Shown here: in pieces, positions 7,700 to 19,024 of the stretch
How the letters are laid out: each line of letters begins with the position of its first letter
Numbering within the stretch: position 1 is the first letter of the stretch
DNA from: an uncultured Pseudomonadota bacterium
GTDB taxonomy: Bacteria > Oederibacteriota > Muellerivitia > Muellerivitales > Muellerivitaceae
Reading direction: 5' to 3'
DNA: 64,000 nt
Assembly (NCBI GenBank): GCA_963843375.1
Contig: CAWJKT010000009.1
Span: forward strand, 160,001 to 224,000
The notes under the pieces: model-generated
The model's input: the letters and a program-made list of their open reading frames with translations, nothing else
The model's database searches: none
Told to the model about the DNA's origin: nothing
Made by a program: the position numbers and the translations under genes

Positions 7700-10600
7700 A
7701 TGTCAACTCAACTTCATCGTGAAGACTCGACTTTCGAAGCTGATTCCCTGGACGCGAACCAACTACTAAAAACCATGATGGCGTTAAAAAGGGGGGATTT
7801 TTCCGTCCGCCTTCCGATTGAATGGACCGGCACGGCAGGAAAGATCGCCGATACGTTCAACTATGTCGTGGAAATGAACGAACGCATGGCCGGGGAATTG
7901 GAACGGCTTCGTCAAGCTGTAGCTAAGGAAGGAAAGATCAATCAGCGGGCGTTGCCGGGGGAGTTTGGCGGATCCTGGTCACGGATGATCGAGTCGGTGA
8001 ACACCCTCATTGATGAACTGGTGCGCCCTACCAGTGAAATGTCGCGCGTTATTGGCGCCGTCGCCAAGGGAGACCTTTCCCAGGCGGCAGCCTTGGAAGT
8101 GAGCGGGCGTCCCTTGGAAGGAGAATTTCTTCAAACCGCCAGAACCATCAACACCATGGTGGACCAACTCCGGTCTTTCGCCTCGGAAGTTACCCGTGTG
8201 GCCCGCGAAGTCGGAACGGAAGGGAAATTAGGGGGCCAGGCTATCGTCCCGGGAGTCGCCGGTACCTGGAAAGACCTGACTGATAACGTCAATCTCATGG
8301 CCAGTAACCTGACCGGCCAGGTTCGTAATATCGCGGAAGTCACCATCGCCGTGGCTAACGGTGACTTGTCGAAAAAAATCACCGCCGACGTGCGTGGTGA
8401 AATACTCCAGTTAAAAGAAACCATCAACACGATGGTGGATCAACTCCGTTCCTTTGCCTCGGAAGTTACCCGCGTGGCGCGCGAAGTGGGTACGGAAGGA
8501 AAACTAGGCGGCCAGGCTATTGTGCCGGGAGTTGCGGGTACCTGGAAAGACCTTACCGACAATGTCAATTCCATGGCTAGTAATCTGACCGGCCAAGTTC
8601 GTAATATCGCGGAAGTCACCATCGCCGTGGCCAGCGGCGACCTGTCGAAAAAAATTACCGCCGACGTGCGTGGTGAAATTCTCCAGTTAAAAGAAACGAT
8701 CAACACGATGGTGGATCAACTCCGTTCCTTCGCTTCGGAAGTTACCCGTGTGGCCCGCGAAGTGGGTACGGAAGGAAAACTGGGCGGCCAAGCCCAGGTG
8801 CCGGGGGTTGCGGGAACTTGGAAAGACCTGACCGACAATGTTAATTCCATGGCAAGCAACTTGACCGGCCAAGTGCGTAACATCGCGGAAGTCACCACGG
8901 CCGTAGCCAACGGCGACTTGTCGAAAAAAATCACCGCCGACGTGCGTGGTGAAATACTCCAGTTAAAAGAAACCATCAACACGATGGTGGATCAACTCCG
9001 TTCCTTCGCCTCGGAAGTTACCCGTGTGGCCCGCGAAGTGGGTACGGAAGGAAAACTGGGCGGCCAAGCTGTCGTCCCGGGCGTCGCGGGAACCTGGAAA
9101 GATTTGACTGACAACGTGAACTTGATGGCCAGCAACCTTACGGGCCAAGTCCGTAATATCGCCGAGGTGACCATCGCGGTGGCCAACGGCGACCTGTCCA
9201 AAAAAATCACAGTCGACGTAAAGGGCGAAATATTAGCCTTGAAGAACACAATTAATATCATGGTGGACCAACTCAACGCTTTTGCTGGGGAGGTCACCCG
9301 TGTGGCCCGTGAAGTGGGTACGGAAGGAAATTTAGGAGGCCAGGCTCAGGTTCCGGGGGTCGCCGGCACCTGGAAAGACCTGACGGAGAACGTCAACTTG
9401 ATGGCCAGCAACTTGACAGGTCAAGTGCGCAACATTGCCGAGGTTACCATTGCGGTGGCCAGCGGAGACTTGTCGAAAAAGATCACGGCGGATGTGCGAG
9501 GTGAAATCCTCCAGTTAAAAGAAACCATAAACACCATGGTGGACCAATTGAGTTCCTTCGCTTCCGAAGTCACCCGCGTGGCACGGGAAGTCGGGACTGA
9601 CGGTAAATTGGGAGGCCAGGCCTATGTGCCCGGGGCAGCCGGTACCTGGAAGGACTTAACGGACAACGTAAATTCCATGGCCAGCAACTTGACCGACCAA
9701 GTGCGTAACATCGCCGACGTTACCACCGCCGTGGCCAGCGGCGACCTGTCTAAGAAAATCACGGTGGATGTCAAAGGTGAAATTCTCGAACTCAAAGATA
9801 CGATCAACACCATGGTGGACCAACTGAACGCCTTCGCGGGAGAAGTCACCCGCGTGGCCCGCGAGGTGGGTACGGAGGGGAAACTCGGCGGCCAAGCCCA
9901 GGTGCCGGGTGTGGGCGGGACCTGGAAAGAATTGACGGACAACGTAAATTCCATGGCCAGCAACTTGACCGACCAAGTGCGTAACATCGCCGACGTTACC
10001 ACCGCCGTGGCCAGCGGCGACTTGTCGAAGAAAATCACGGTGGACGTCAAAGGTGAAATTCTCGAACTTAAAGACACGATTAACACCATGGTGGACCAAC
10101 TGAACGCCTTCGCGGGAGAAGTCACCCGTGTGGCCCGCGAGGTGGGTACGGAAGGGAAACTCGGCGGCCAAGCCCAGGTGCCGGGTGTGGGCGGGACCTG
10201 GAAAGAATTGACGGACAACGTAAATTCCATGGCCAGCAACTTGACTGACCAAGTGCGTAACATCGCCGACGTCACCACCGCCGTGGCTAGCGGCGACCTG
10301 TCGAAGAAAATCACGGTGGACGTCAAAGGCGAAATCCTGGAGTTGAAAAATACCATTAACACTATGGTGGACCAATTAAGTTCTTTTGCTTCTGAAGTTA
10401 CCCGCGTGGCCCGCGAGGTCGGTACCGAAGGAAAACTCGGCGGCCAGGCTTACGTTCAAGGTGTGGGTGGTACTTGGAAGGAACTGACGGACAACGTCAA
10501 TTTTATGGCCAGCAACCTGACGGGCCAGGTTCGTAACATCGCGGACGTTACCACGGCTGTTGCAAAGGGCGACTTGTCGAAAAAAATTACGGTGGACGTC

Positions 10601-13600
10601 AAAGGTGAAATCCTAGAGTTGAAAAATACCATTAACACCATGGTGGACCAGCTCAACGCCTTTGCGGGAGAAGTCACACGGGTTGCGCGCGAGGTAGGTA
10701 CCGAAGGGAAACTCGGAGGCCAGGCCGAGGTGCCGGGAGTCGGTGGTACCTGGAAGGACTTGACCGACAGCGTGAATTCCATGGCCAGCAATTTGACCGA
10801 CCAGGTTCGTAACATCGCCGACGTCACCACCGCAGTGGCTAACGGTGACCTATCCAAAAAAATCACCGTCGACGTGCGGGGTGAAATTCTCCGTCTCAAG
10901 GAAACGATCAACACCATGGTCGACCAACTGCGATCTTTCGCCTCCGAGGTAACCCGCGTGGCGCGTGAAGTGGGAACCGAAGGAAAGCTCGGCGGCCAGG
11001 CTTACGTCCAGGGCGTCGGCGGTACCTGGAAAGACTTGACAGATAATGTGAATTCCATGGCCAGCAACTTGACAGGCCAAGTGCGTAATATCGCCGATGT
11101 CACCACCGCTGTGGCCCGGGGCGACTTGTCCAAAAAAATCACGGTGGATGTCAAGGGCGAGATTTTGGAGTTGAAGAACACCATTAACACCATGGTGGAC
11201 CAGTTAAACGCCTTCGGCGGGGAGGTCACCCGCGTGGCGCGTGAAGTGGGAACCGAAGGAAAGCTCGGCGGCCAGGCGCAAGTCAAGGGGGTTTCGGGGG
11301 TTTGGAAAGACCTTACCGACAACGTCAACCTTATGGCGGCCAATCTGACCGATCAGGTTCGTAATATTGCAAAGGTGGTCAGTTCGGTCGCCAGCGGAGA
11401 ATTGAAACAAAAACTCACCGTCGTGGCCAAGGGCGAAATCGCCGCTTTGGCTGACACGATCAATAGCATGATTGATACCCTGGCCACCTTCGCGGCCCAG
11501 GTCACCAGTGTGGCGAGGGAAGTCGGTGTGGAAGGGCGGTTGGGAGGCCAGGCCAATGTTCCGGGTGCGGCGGGAACCTGGAAGGACCTAACCGACAACG
11601 TCAATCAACTTGCGGCTAACTTGACAACCCAGGTACGCGCCATCGCCGAGGTGGCCACCGCCGTGACCAAAGGTGATTTAACTCGGTCAATTCGTGTTGA
11701 TGCCAGCGGCGAAGTTGAAACTTTGAAAGACACCATTAACCAGATGATCGCCAACCTACGCGGCACCACCCAGAAGAACGCCGAACAAGACTGGCTCAAG
11801 ACCAACCTTGCGCGCTTTACCCGGATGTTGCAGGGACAACGTGACCTTCCAACGGTTGCGAAGGCCATCCTGTCCGAACTGAACCAGGTTGTGGCAGCCC
11901 AACACAGCGCCTTTTATATCGCCAATACCAAGGAGCAGGGTGAAACACGCCTCCAGTTTCTTTCCGGTTTTGCCTATAGATCCCAACCGGAACTTCCAAA
12001 GGAATTCGCCCTTGGAGAGGGCTTAGTAGGAGAGTGTGCTCAGGAGAAGTCCCGGCTTCTGCTGAACAAGGTCCCCAGTAATTACATCCGCATAGGCTCG
12101 GGATTGGGTGAATCCACACCCTCGAATATCGTGGTGCTTCCGGTTCTTTTCGAAGGCCAAATAAAGGGCGTGCTGGAATTGGCGTCTTTTGAGACTTTCA
12201 GCACGACCCATTTAGCGTTCCTCGAGCAGTTAATGGAAAGTATCGGTATCGTCATTAATACTCTTGAAGCGACTCTGCGCACGGAAACTCTGTTGAAACA
12301 CTTGCAAAGCCAGCAGGAAGAATTGCAGAAAACCAACCAGGAGTTAGAAGAAAAGGCTGACCAGTTGGCCCTGACATCCAAATACAAGTCCGAATTCCTT
12401 TCCAATATGTCCCATGAGTTGCGCACCCCATTAAACAGCATGCTGATTCTCTCCCAACAACTGGCGGAGGATTCCAAGAACCTAACGACTAAACAGGTGG
12501 AATACGCTCGAACCATCCACGCTTCGGGCGGCGACCTGTTGCTTTTGATCAACGACATCCTTGATTTGGCAAAGGTGGAATCCGGCACCATGACCTTGGA
12601 TGTGGACAATGTGCCTTTCAACGAAATGCGCGAGCATATGGAAAGGCTTTTCCGCCACGTGGCCGAAGGTAAGGGCTTGAACTTTAACATCGAGATTGAT
12701 TCCCGGTTGGGCGGGGAGATTCATACGGACTCCAAGCGTCTGGAACAGGTCTTGAGAAATCTCCTTTCCAACGCCTTCAAGTTTACTGAAAAGGGTCAGG
12801 TGTCCCTCAAGATATCTTCCGCTAGCAGTGGCTGGAGCCCAGATCACCCGGCCCTTAGCAGGGCGGAGGAAGTGGTGGCTTTTTCCGTTATCGACACGGG
12901 AATCGGAATCCCTGAGGACAAGCAAAAGATCATCTTTGAGGCGTTTCAACAAGCCGAAAGCGGAACCAGCCGGAAATATGGAGGCACGGGTCTGGGTTTG
13001 TCGATCAGCCGGGAGTTGGCCAAGCTCCTTGGAGGACAGTTGACTCTGTCCAAGAGCCACCTTGGACGGGGTAGTACTTTTGTGCTCTACATGCCCAAGA
13101 ACTTCATACAGGTCAAAACGGCCGGCATGAGTACAAGCCAGGCTGAAAAAACGGCCTTATTGCTTCCTAAGCCTTACCGGGATCCCCTGAAGGCGGAAAA
13201 CGAAGGGGTGGTGGTGGCCGCAAGCAAGGTGGCGGACGACCGCAGAAACATCAAGCCCGGGGATAAAGTGCTTTTAATCGTTGAAAATGACGCCAACTTT
13301 GCCCGAATTCTGGTTGATGTAGCGCATGACAAAGGCTTCAAAAGCCTCGTGGCCCTTCGAGGTGATACGGCCCTGCGTTTGGCCGATGAGTTCCGGCCCA
13401 GCGCGGTGACACTGGACATTCAGCTTCCAGACATCGACGGTTGGAAAATACTTTCGCGATTCAAAAATGACCTGGCCGCCCGTCATATCCCCGTGGAGAT
13501 TATCTCTGCCGATGAGGATTGGACGAGGGGTTTAAAACAGGGGGCGGTGGGCTTTCTCGCAAAACCCGTCAGTAAGGAGGGGTTAAAGAAGGCCTTTGCG

Positions 13601-14428
13601 GACATCCAAAAGTTCCTAGAACCTGGTGTCCGTCAACTCCTGCTTGTTAGCGCCCAAAAGAGTCAGCGTAACAAACTCAAGGAAATGCTGGAATTCGGGG
13701 AGATCAAGGTGAAAGCCGTATCTGACAGTCGGGAAGCACTGCCGCTATTGAAGAAGGGAAACTTGGATTGTCTTGTTCTTGAATTGCCGGAAGCGGATGG
13801 TTTCCGAATGTTAAAGGAGATACATTCCAATTCCGATTTCGCCAACCTGCCCACTGTTGTTTACATCAACAGCGACTTAACCAAGGAAGAGGAAGCGCAA
13901 TTGAAGCGCGCTTCCAAAACTTGCGTCATCAAGGAGTCTAAATCCCTTGAACGTGTAGTGGACGAGGTGGCCCTTTTCCTTCACCAAGCGACCGCGAAAT
14001 TGCCTGAAACCAAACGAAAAGGAATTGAGCAATTGTACCAAAGCAACGCGGCCCTGACGGGGCGTAAGGTATTGGTAGTCGACGACGACATCCGGAATAT
14101 TTTCGCCATGACCAGTCTTTTGGAGCATCAGCAGATGAAAGTCGTTTCGGCTGAAAGCGGTCGTGAGGCCATCGACCTTTTGGAAAAGACTCCGGACGTC
14201 GATATTGTGTTGATGGACATCATGATGCCGGAAATGGACGGTTATGACACCATGCAGGCGATTCGACAAAAGAAATCTTTCAAATCCCTGCCCATCGTCG
14301 CTTTAACCGCCAAGGCCATGAAAGGGGATCGTGAAAAATGTATCGAGTCCGGCGCTTCGGATTACATCACGAAACCGGTCGATTCGGAACAGTTGATTGC
14401 CATTATGCGAATGTGGGTGAGCCGGTAA
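7700..14428 (+). CDS. Cytoplasmic hybrid histidine kinase: poly-HAMP - GAF - HisKA - HATPase - 3 x REC (group III/Nik1/OsaA-like architecture)
   Basis: Tandem 92-aa HAMP units and a GAF segment (GEGLVGECA). H-box [15 protein letters not shown]-box [11 protein letters not shown]-boxes DTGIGI and GGTGLGL. Three receiver domains, no TM helix; RBS GGAGG. Confidence 0.95.
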   Translation: MSTQLHREDSTFEADSLDANQLLKTMMALKRGDFSVRLPIEWTGTAGKIADTFNYVVEMNERMAGELERLRQAVAKEGKINQRALPGEFGGSWSRMIESVNTLIDELVRPTSEMSRVIGAVAKGDLSQAAALEVSGRPLEGEFLQTARTINTMVDQLRSFASEVTRVAREVGTEGKLGGQAIVPGVAGTWKDLTDNVNLMASNLTGQVRNIAEVTIAVANGDLSKKITADVRGEILQLKETINTMVDQLRSFASEVTRVAREVGTEGKLGGQAIVPGVAGTWKDLTDNVNSMASNLTGQVRNIAEVTIAVASGDLSKKITADVRGEILQLKETINTMVDQLRSFASEVTRVAREVGTEGKLGGQAQVPGVAGTWKDLTDNVNSMASNLTGQVRNIAEVTTAVANGDLSKKITADVRGEILQLKETINTMVDQLRSFASEVTRVAREVGTEGKLGGQAVVPGVAGTWKDLTDNVNLMASNLTGQVRNIAEVTIAVANGDLSKKITVDVKGEILALKNTINIMVDQLNAFAGEVTRVAREVGTEGNLGGQAQVPGVAGTWKDLTENVNLMASNLTGQVRNIAEVTIAVASGDLSKKITADVRGEILQLKETINTMVDQLSSFASEVTRVAREVGTDGKLGGQAYVPGAAGTWKDLTDNVNSMASNLTDQVRNIADVTTAVASGDLSKKITVDVKGEILELKDTINTMVDQLNAFAGEVTRVAREVGTEGKLGGQAQVPGVGGTWKELTDNVNSMASNLTDQVRNIADVTTAVASGDLSKKITVDVKGEILELKDTINTMVDQLNAFAGEVTRVAREVGTEGKLGGQAQVPGVGGTWKELTDNVNSMASNLTDQVRNIADVTTAVASGDLSKKITVDVKGEILELKNTINTMVDQLSSFASEVTRVAREVGTEGKLGGQAYVQGVGGTWKELTDNVNFMASNLTGQVRNIADVTTAVAKGDLSKKITVDVKGEILELKNTINTMVDQLNAFAGEVTRVAREVGTEGKLGGQAEVPGVGGTWKDLTDSVNSMASNLTDQVRNIADVTTAVANGDLSKKITVDVRGEILRLKETINTMVDQLRSFASEVTRVAREVGTEGKLGGQAYVQGVGGTWKDLTDNVNSMASNLTGQVRNIADVTTAVARGDLSKKITVDVKGEILELKNTINTMVDQLNAFGGEVTRVAREVGTEGKLGGQAQVKGVSGVWKDLTDNVNLMAANLTDQVRNIAKVVSSVASGELKQKLTVVAKGEIAALADTINSMIDTLATFAAQVTSVAREVGVEGRLGGQANVPGAAGTWKDLTDNVNQLAANLTTQVRAIAEVATAVTKGDLTRSIRVDASGEVETLKDTINQMIANLRGTTQKNAEQDWLKTNLARFTRMLQGQRDLPTVAKAILSELNQVVAAQHSAFYIANTKEQGETRLQFLSGFAYRSQPELPKEFALGEGLVGECAQEKSRLLLNKVPSNYIRIGSGLGESTPSNIVVLPVLFEGQIKGVLELASFETFSTTHLAFLEQLMESIGIVINTLEATLRTETLLKHLQSQQEELQKTNQELEEKADQLALTSKYKSEFLSNMSHELRTPLNSMLILSQQLAEDSKNLTTKQVEYARTIHASGGDLLLLINDILDLAKVESGTMTLDVDNVPFNEMREHMERLFRHVAEGKGLNFNIEIDSRLGGEIHTDSKRLEQVLRNLLSNAFKFTEKGQVSLKISSASSGWSPDHPALSRAEEVVAFSVIDTGIGIPEDKQKIIFEAFQQAESGTSRKYGGTGLGLSISRELAKLLGGQLTLSKSHLGRGSTFVLYMPKNFIQVKTAGMSTSQAEKTALLLPKPYRDPLKAENEGVVVAASKVADDRRNIKPGDKVLLIVENDANFARILVDVAHDKGFKSLVALRGDTALRLADEFRPSAVTLDIQLPDIDGWKILSRFKNDLAARHIPVEIISADEDWTRGLKQGAVGFLAKPVSKEGLKKAFADIQKFLEPGVRQLLLVSAQKSQRNKLKEMLEFGEIKVKAVSDSREALPLLKKGNLDCLVLELPEADGFRMLKEIHSNSDFANLPTVVYINSDLTKEEEAQLKRASKTCVIKESKSLERVVDEVALFLHQATAKLPETKRKGIEQLYQSNAALTGRKVLVVDDDIRNIFAMTSLLEHQQMKVVSAESGREAIDLLEKTPDVDIVLMDIMMPEMDGYDTMQAIRQKKSFKSLPIVALTAKAMKGDREKCIESGASDYITKPVDSEQLIAIMRMWVSR
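8000..11760 (+). repeat. Tandem 276-bp (92-aa) poly-HAMP repeats
   Basis: The motif G(T/V)WK(D/E)LT(D/E)(N/S)VN recurs at exact 276-nt spacing from 8261 to 11573 (13 copies), with a more divergent unit before it. Boundaries are approximate. Confidence 0.95.
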
Positions 14429-14542
14429 CAAGCGAAGGAATAGGTTTCAAATCGAGAAAAGGGGAATTGAAAGAATCCATCCCAAGGGGGAAGAAGCCAG
14501 GTTGGATAAAGGTCTTTTTTGACCTTTGAAGGAGGGAAATAC

Positions 14543-15898
14543 ATGACAGAGAAAGATAGCCCGGTCAATATTCTCTTAGTCGACGATGAGCCGAAAAACC
14601 TTTTGGCATTGGAAGCCGTTTTGGAGGGACTAGGCCAGAACCTCGTGAAGGCGCGTTCGGGCGATGAAGCCTTAAGGCGTCTTATTCATGAGGACTTTGC
14701 GGTCATCCTTTTGGATGTGCTGATGCCAGGGATGAACGGTTTTGAGACGGCGACACTGATCCGTCAGCGCGACCGAACTAGATATACGCCCATCATTTTT
14801 TTGACGGCGGCTGGAAAATCCGAAACCGAGATGTTTCAAGGCTACGCTGTGGGCGCCATTGACTACTTGGTGAAACCTTTTGTCCCGTCGATCTTGCGGT
14901 CCAAGGTTGTAGTCCTGATCGATTTGTACCGAAAGAACGAGCAGGTTCGCCAGCTAAATGAAGAACTTAGCCATAGGTCTCAGGAGTTAGAGATCCTTAA
15001 CTTGAAATTAAAAAATGAAAACGAGATTCGCAAACGGACCGAAGAGGAGTTGCGCCAATCGGAGGAGGGGTTAAAAAGCCTCAACGCCACATTGGAGGCA
15101 AAGGTTGTGGAGCGAACGGAAACGGTGGAAGAACGAAGCCGCCAACTGGCCAAGATTAATGTCGAACTGGAGCAGTTCGTTTACGCCGCCTCTCATGACT
15201 TGCAAGAGCCCTTGCGAACGGTGACCAGTTTCTTGCAACTATTGGAGCGCCGCAACAGGGATTTGCTGGACAATGATTCAAAACAATTCATTGATTTCGC
15301 CGTCAAAAGCTCCGAACACATGCGCAGCCTGATCAACGGCCTTTTGGAATTCTCGCGGGTGAACTTGAAGGAAAAAAAGTTTCAGAGTGTTGATTGTAAT
15401 GTGATTGTAAGTGAGATCCTTAAACAATTAAACGCTTCCATTGTCGAAAGCGGAGCCAAGGTGGAATGCCTGTGGTTACCCGAGGTTTGGGGCGAGCCGA
15501 TGTTATTAGGGCAGCTTTTCCAAAATCTGATTGGAAACGCCCTCAAGTTTTGTTCCGAACGTTCTCCGCGAGTGGAGGTAGGAGCTGAAAAGCGGGAAGG
15601 GGAATGGCTTTTTTGGGTCAAGGACAATGGTATTGGCATTGAACCGCAGTATTTCCGCCAGATTTTCCTTCTTTTTCAGAGACTTAACAATCGTGAAAAT
15701 TTTCCCGGAGCCGGCCTGGGTTTGGCTGTATGCCAAAAAACCGTGGAACTTCACGGAGGTAAGATTTGGTGCGAATCTGAGTTTGGGAAAGGTTCCCGCT
15801 TTTTCTTTACGATTCCTTACTCCCCGAAAGTCGCTGAGGCACCCAGGTTGGAATCGGCAATTAAAAAGGAGAAAGTGGGGAATCCGGGCCAAGGCTAG
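14543..15898 (+). CDS. REC - coiled coil - histidine kinase (Cph1/bacteriophytochrome-type H-box)
   Basis: N-terminal REC (LLVDDEPKN, LLDVLMP), H-box ASHDLQEPLR, QNLIGNALKF, DNGIGI and GAGLGL. ATG follows GGAGG. Confidence 0.92.
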   Translation: MTEKDSPVNILLVDDEPKNLLALEAVLEGLGQNLVKARSGDEALRRLIHEDFAVILLDVLMPGMNGFETATLIRQRDRTRYTPIIFLTAAGKSETEMFQGYAVGAIDYLVKPFVPSILRSKVVVLIDLYRKNEQVRQLNEELSHRSQELEILNLKLKNENEIRKRTEEELRQSEEGLKSLNATLEAKVVERTETVEERSRQLAKINVELEQFVYAASHDLQEPLRTVTSFLQLLERRNRDLLDNDSKQFIDFAVKSSEHMRSLINGLLEFSRVNLKEKKFQSVDCNVIVSEILKQLNASIVESGAKVECLWLPEVWGEPMLLGQLFQNLIGNALKFCSERSPRVEVGAEKREGEWLFWVKDNGIGIEPQYFRQIFLLFQRLNNRENFPGAGLGLAVCQKTVELHGGKIWCESEFGKGSRFFFTIPYSPKVAEAPRLESAIKKEKVGNPGQG

Positions 15899-15977
15899 AG
15901 TAACGGATTCGGTTTGGGAAAATATCGCCTTTAACTAGGAGTTTTTACGGTAAAGCTACGTATGTAAAAGAGGACTC

Positions 15978-16682
15978 ATGTCTCTCGAGAAAATGAAATC
16001 AAAAATTGTTTCGACAATTCGAGAAGAATTTTTAAAACATCATGTTCGAATCGATGATGAGAACATACGTTCATCGGAAACGAAAGATGTTTTGTCGATC
16101 TGGATTGAACAAAAAGACGGCTTAAATACCAGCAGAGATAAATTTATAGTCAATAAGGGCGATTTGTTGGATGGGGTTAACTATTCCCTTGCCATCGATT
16201 ATCGCATTGGCAAATGGATAAATTATTACGAATGCGAGTTTTCCAAAATACGAACGAGGGCTCCCATTTTGATGGCGGACGACAACGTGGGTGATTGTTT
16301 TCTCGTGGCTGAAGCCTTGAAAGCCAATCTGGTTGAAAATCCTTTTGTGGCAGTTTCGGATGGCGAGGAATTGCTGAACTATCTTTTTCGACGAGGAAAG
16401 TTTGCCAGTCCAGGGTTGGCGCCTTGTTTTATTCTTTTGGATTTAAACATGCCTCGAATAGACGGACGAGAAGTCTTACAAGTCCTCAAAACCGACAATA
16501 GCTTTCGCAAAATACCAGTAGTGGTATTTTCTTCATCCAAAGCTGAGCAGGATATTTTGAAGGCCTATGATTACGGGGGTAATTCTTTCATTACCAAGCC
16601 CTCGACTTTTGAAAGGCTTTTAGAAATAGTGAAAATTCTTCAAGTGTATTGGCTGGATGTCATAGAACTTCCTTTTGGTTAA
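15978..16682 (+). CDS. Rcp1-like response regulator with an unrecognised ~95-aa N-terminal extension
   Basis: The C-terminal REC reads ILMADDN, ILLDLNMP, VFSSS, TKP and VYWL. Confidence 0.85.
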   Translation: MSLEKMKSKIVSTIREEFLKHHVRIDDENIRSSETKDVLSIWIEQKDGLNTSRDKFIVNKGDLLDGVNYSLAIDYRIGKWINYYECEFSKIRTRAPILMADDNVGDCFLVAEALKANLVENPFVAVSDGEELLNYLFRRGKFASPGLAPCFILLDLNMPRIDGREVLQVLKTDNSFRKIPVVVFSSSKAEQDILKAYDYGGNSFITKPSTFERLLEIVKILQVYWLDVIELPFG

Positions 16683-16891
16683 TAGATTTCCCTTAAGGTT
16701 TGAATTAGGGACATCCCATTTTCTGATCAAAGAGGTAAAATTAACTCAGAAGAAACAATTTAATTGTTGGGGTTGACGCGTCAACGATTATCATTCGTTC
16801 TCATTTAAAAAAGAGAGAAAACCTGGCTTGATCGCCGGGAGTTCCTCTTTCCTATGCCGATTCAATACTGATCAAATTGTTAGGAGGCGTT

Positions 16892-17344
16892 ATGATCTCG
16901 TTAACCCAAAAGTTAAGCCGGTCCATCCACGTCTTGCTCGTTGAGGACAACCTTGCCGATGTCACCCTCATTGTGGAAGCTTTCAAGGGGTGTCAAAAGC
17001 CGATCCAAGTGACTCGAGTGAAAGACGGGGAAGAAGCCCTTCAATATCTTCGGGGCCAGAGTCACCTTGCCCAGACCCATAGGCCCGATCTTGTCCTCTT
17101 GGACTTAAACATGCCAAAAAAATCCGGGTTGGAGGTATTAAACGAAATTAAATCCGACCCGGAATTAAAAGAGATACCCGTGGTGGTCTTGACTAATTCC
17201 AAGATGCAATCGGACATCCAAAAGGCTTACGAGTCCAAGGCCAATTTTTACATTGTTAAACCCTCCGATTTGGATGAACTATTCGGGGTCGCGAAATACT
17301 TGGAAACTATTTGGTTGAAAAGTGTGGACAGCCCAGACGATTAA
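16892..17344 (+). CDS. Single-domain response regulator (Rcp1-like)
   Basis: LLVEDNLAD, VLLDLNMP, VLTNS, VKP and YLETIWL motifs. RBS AGGAGG precedes the ATG at 16892. Confidence 0.9.
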   Translation: MISLTQKLSRSIHVLLVEDNLADVTLIVEAFKGCQKPIQVTRVKDGEEALQYLRGQSHLAQTHRPDLVLLDLNMPKKSGLEVLNEIKSDPELKEIPVVVLTNSKMQSDIQKAYESKANFYIVKPSDLDELFGVAKYLETIWLKSVDSPDD

Positions 17345-17407
17345 ATTCTTTGCGTTCGGATGAAAGGAAACCCTTCGATGGTTGGGTTTCCCCTGCGGTT
17401 GTAAGGG

Positions 17408-18742
17408 GTGGTTATGAATTTAACGCCAACCCGTATTTTACTGATAGAAGATAATCCCGGAGATGCCCGCCTACTTAAGGAGACTCTCGGGGAACAAAAG
17501 GAACCTCTGTATCTTTTAGAAAGAGCCCCGAACCTTCGTGAGGGCCTGGGACGTCTTAGCAGAGGTAACTTGGACCTCGTTTTGTTAGACCTGTTTCTTC
17601 CCGATTCCTCCGGCGTTTCGACATTAGAGTCGGCTTTGAAAGCCGCAAACCAAGTCCCCATTATCGTTTTGACGGGTCTGAATAATACGGAAACCGCCAT
17701 GAAATCACTCAAAGAGGGAGCCCAGGATTTTCTGGTAAAGGACAATTTAAGCAGGGAAGTTCTCACTCGTTCCATCAGCTATTCCATTGAGCGTTATCGC
17801 CTTCACAAAAAACTACAGGAGGACGAAGAACGGTATTATTTGGTTGCCCAAGGCTCTCATGATGGACTTTGGGATTGGGACCTTCAATCGGATCGGATTT
17901 ACTTCTCCCCGCGTTGGAAACTCATGCTAGGTTACGCCGATGGGGAGATCGGGTGGGATCCAAGTGAATGGCTCAACCGCATCCATCCGGGGGATCTGGA
18001 GAAGGTTAAGCGGGATTTGTCCGACCATCTTTCGGGCAAGTCTTCGCATTTTTCCAACGAGCATCGTCTTCAGCATAAGGATGGCCGTTATCGATGGGTT
18101 TTGGGCAGGGGGCTGGCCATTCATTCCGGTCGGGACATGCCAACCCGTATTGCGGGTTCCTTCACCGATATTACCCGCCATAAGGAAATGGAAAAGAAAC
18201 TGGCCTTGCGCGCCTTTTACGATCCATTAACGGGTCTTCCCAACCGAGCCCTTTTCATGGACTGCCTTGGTCGGGCCTTCGCCCGGCTGGAGAGACATCC
18301 ACATAACATTTTTTCCGTTTTCTTTCTGGACTTAGACCATCTCAAACAAATCAATGACCATATAGGTCACCAAGCCGGGGACGAACTCTTGATCGAGTTC
18401 GCCCGGAGAGTGAAATCCACCGTCAGGCCGAACGACTTGGTGGCACGTATGGCCGGCGATGAATTCACGGTACTTTTGGAAGACATTAAGGATATTCAGG
18501 AAACCAAAGAAGTGGCGGAGCGTATCCTGGAAACGATGCGAATACCCTTCCTATTAGGAGGGCAAGAGGTGGTTTCTACAGTTAGTATTGGTATTGCCTA
18601 TTCCGATTGTGGAAAGGAGGACCCCGATGGTCTTCTGAAAGCCGCAGACTCAGCAATGTATTTGGCCAAGGAAGCAGGCAAAGCCCGCTATGAAGTTTTC
18701 GGCCAACCCAAAAACCCCGGCGAACCGCCCGCAAATTCCTGA
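17408..18742 (+). CDS. REC-PAS-GGDEF diguanylate cyclase (AGDEF variant)
   Basis: REC domain, PAS (DGLWDWD...YFSPRW...IHPGD), DPLTGLPNR, DLD..K..ND..GH..GD, RPND I-site and AGDEF. Confidence 0.9.
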   Translation: MVMNLTPTRILLIEDNPGDARLLKETLGEQKEPLYLLERAPNLREGLGRLSRGNLDLVLLDLFLPDSSGVSTLESALKAANQVPIIVLTGLNNTETAMKSLKEGAQDFLVKDNLSREVLTRSISYSIERYRLHKKLQEDEERYYLVAQGSHDGLWDWDLQSDRIYFSPRWKLMLGYADGEIGWDPSEWLNRIHPGDLEKVKRDLSDHLSGKSSHFSNEHRLQHKDGRYRWVLGRGLAIHSGRDMPTRIAGSFTDITRHKEMEKKLALRAFYDPLTGLPNRALFMDCLGRAFARLERHPHNIFSVFFLDLDHLKQINDHIGHQAGDELLIEFARRVKSTVRPNDLVARMAGDEFTVLLEDIKDIQETKEVAERILETMRIPFLLGGQEVVSTVSIGIAYSDCGKEDPDGLLKAADSAMYLAKEAGKARYEVFGQPKNPGEPPANS

Positions 18743-19024
18743 AAAATTGCTGTCCAATATTTATTAAGGGGAAGGGCTTCTATAATTTCGTCAAAATCCA
18801 TCAATTGCCTTACTATAACCTTGTTTTGGGAAAATGAATTTTGTTAAAGTCCGAACGATAAAATTTTGATAGACACGGTTATGACACTAGTGCAAAATCA
18901 ATCTCCCTTTGGGAAGGCTGGTTGGAAAAACCTTTTGGATAGTAGGGTTTTTTTACGATTGTTTGCGAGTCTTTTAAAAATGACTGAAACCGCCTAAGGG
19001 CGGCTGGTCAATGTGTTTGAAATG

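Noticed and set aside
8000..11760. Tandem repeats as a CRISPR array or non-coding repeat
   Set aside because: The period is 276 nt, in frame within a CDS, with no unique spacers and no cas genes in the window.
7979..14269. Many repeated minus-strand ORFs opposite the giant kinase
   Set aside because: They are antisense shadows of the periodic HAMP coding sequence, with no recognisable motifs.
16772..16785. FNR/Crp box
   Set aside because: The half-sites TTGAC and GTCAA are separated by 2 nt rather than the 4 nt of the FNR consensus. Kept only as an unassigned palindrome.
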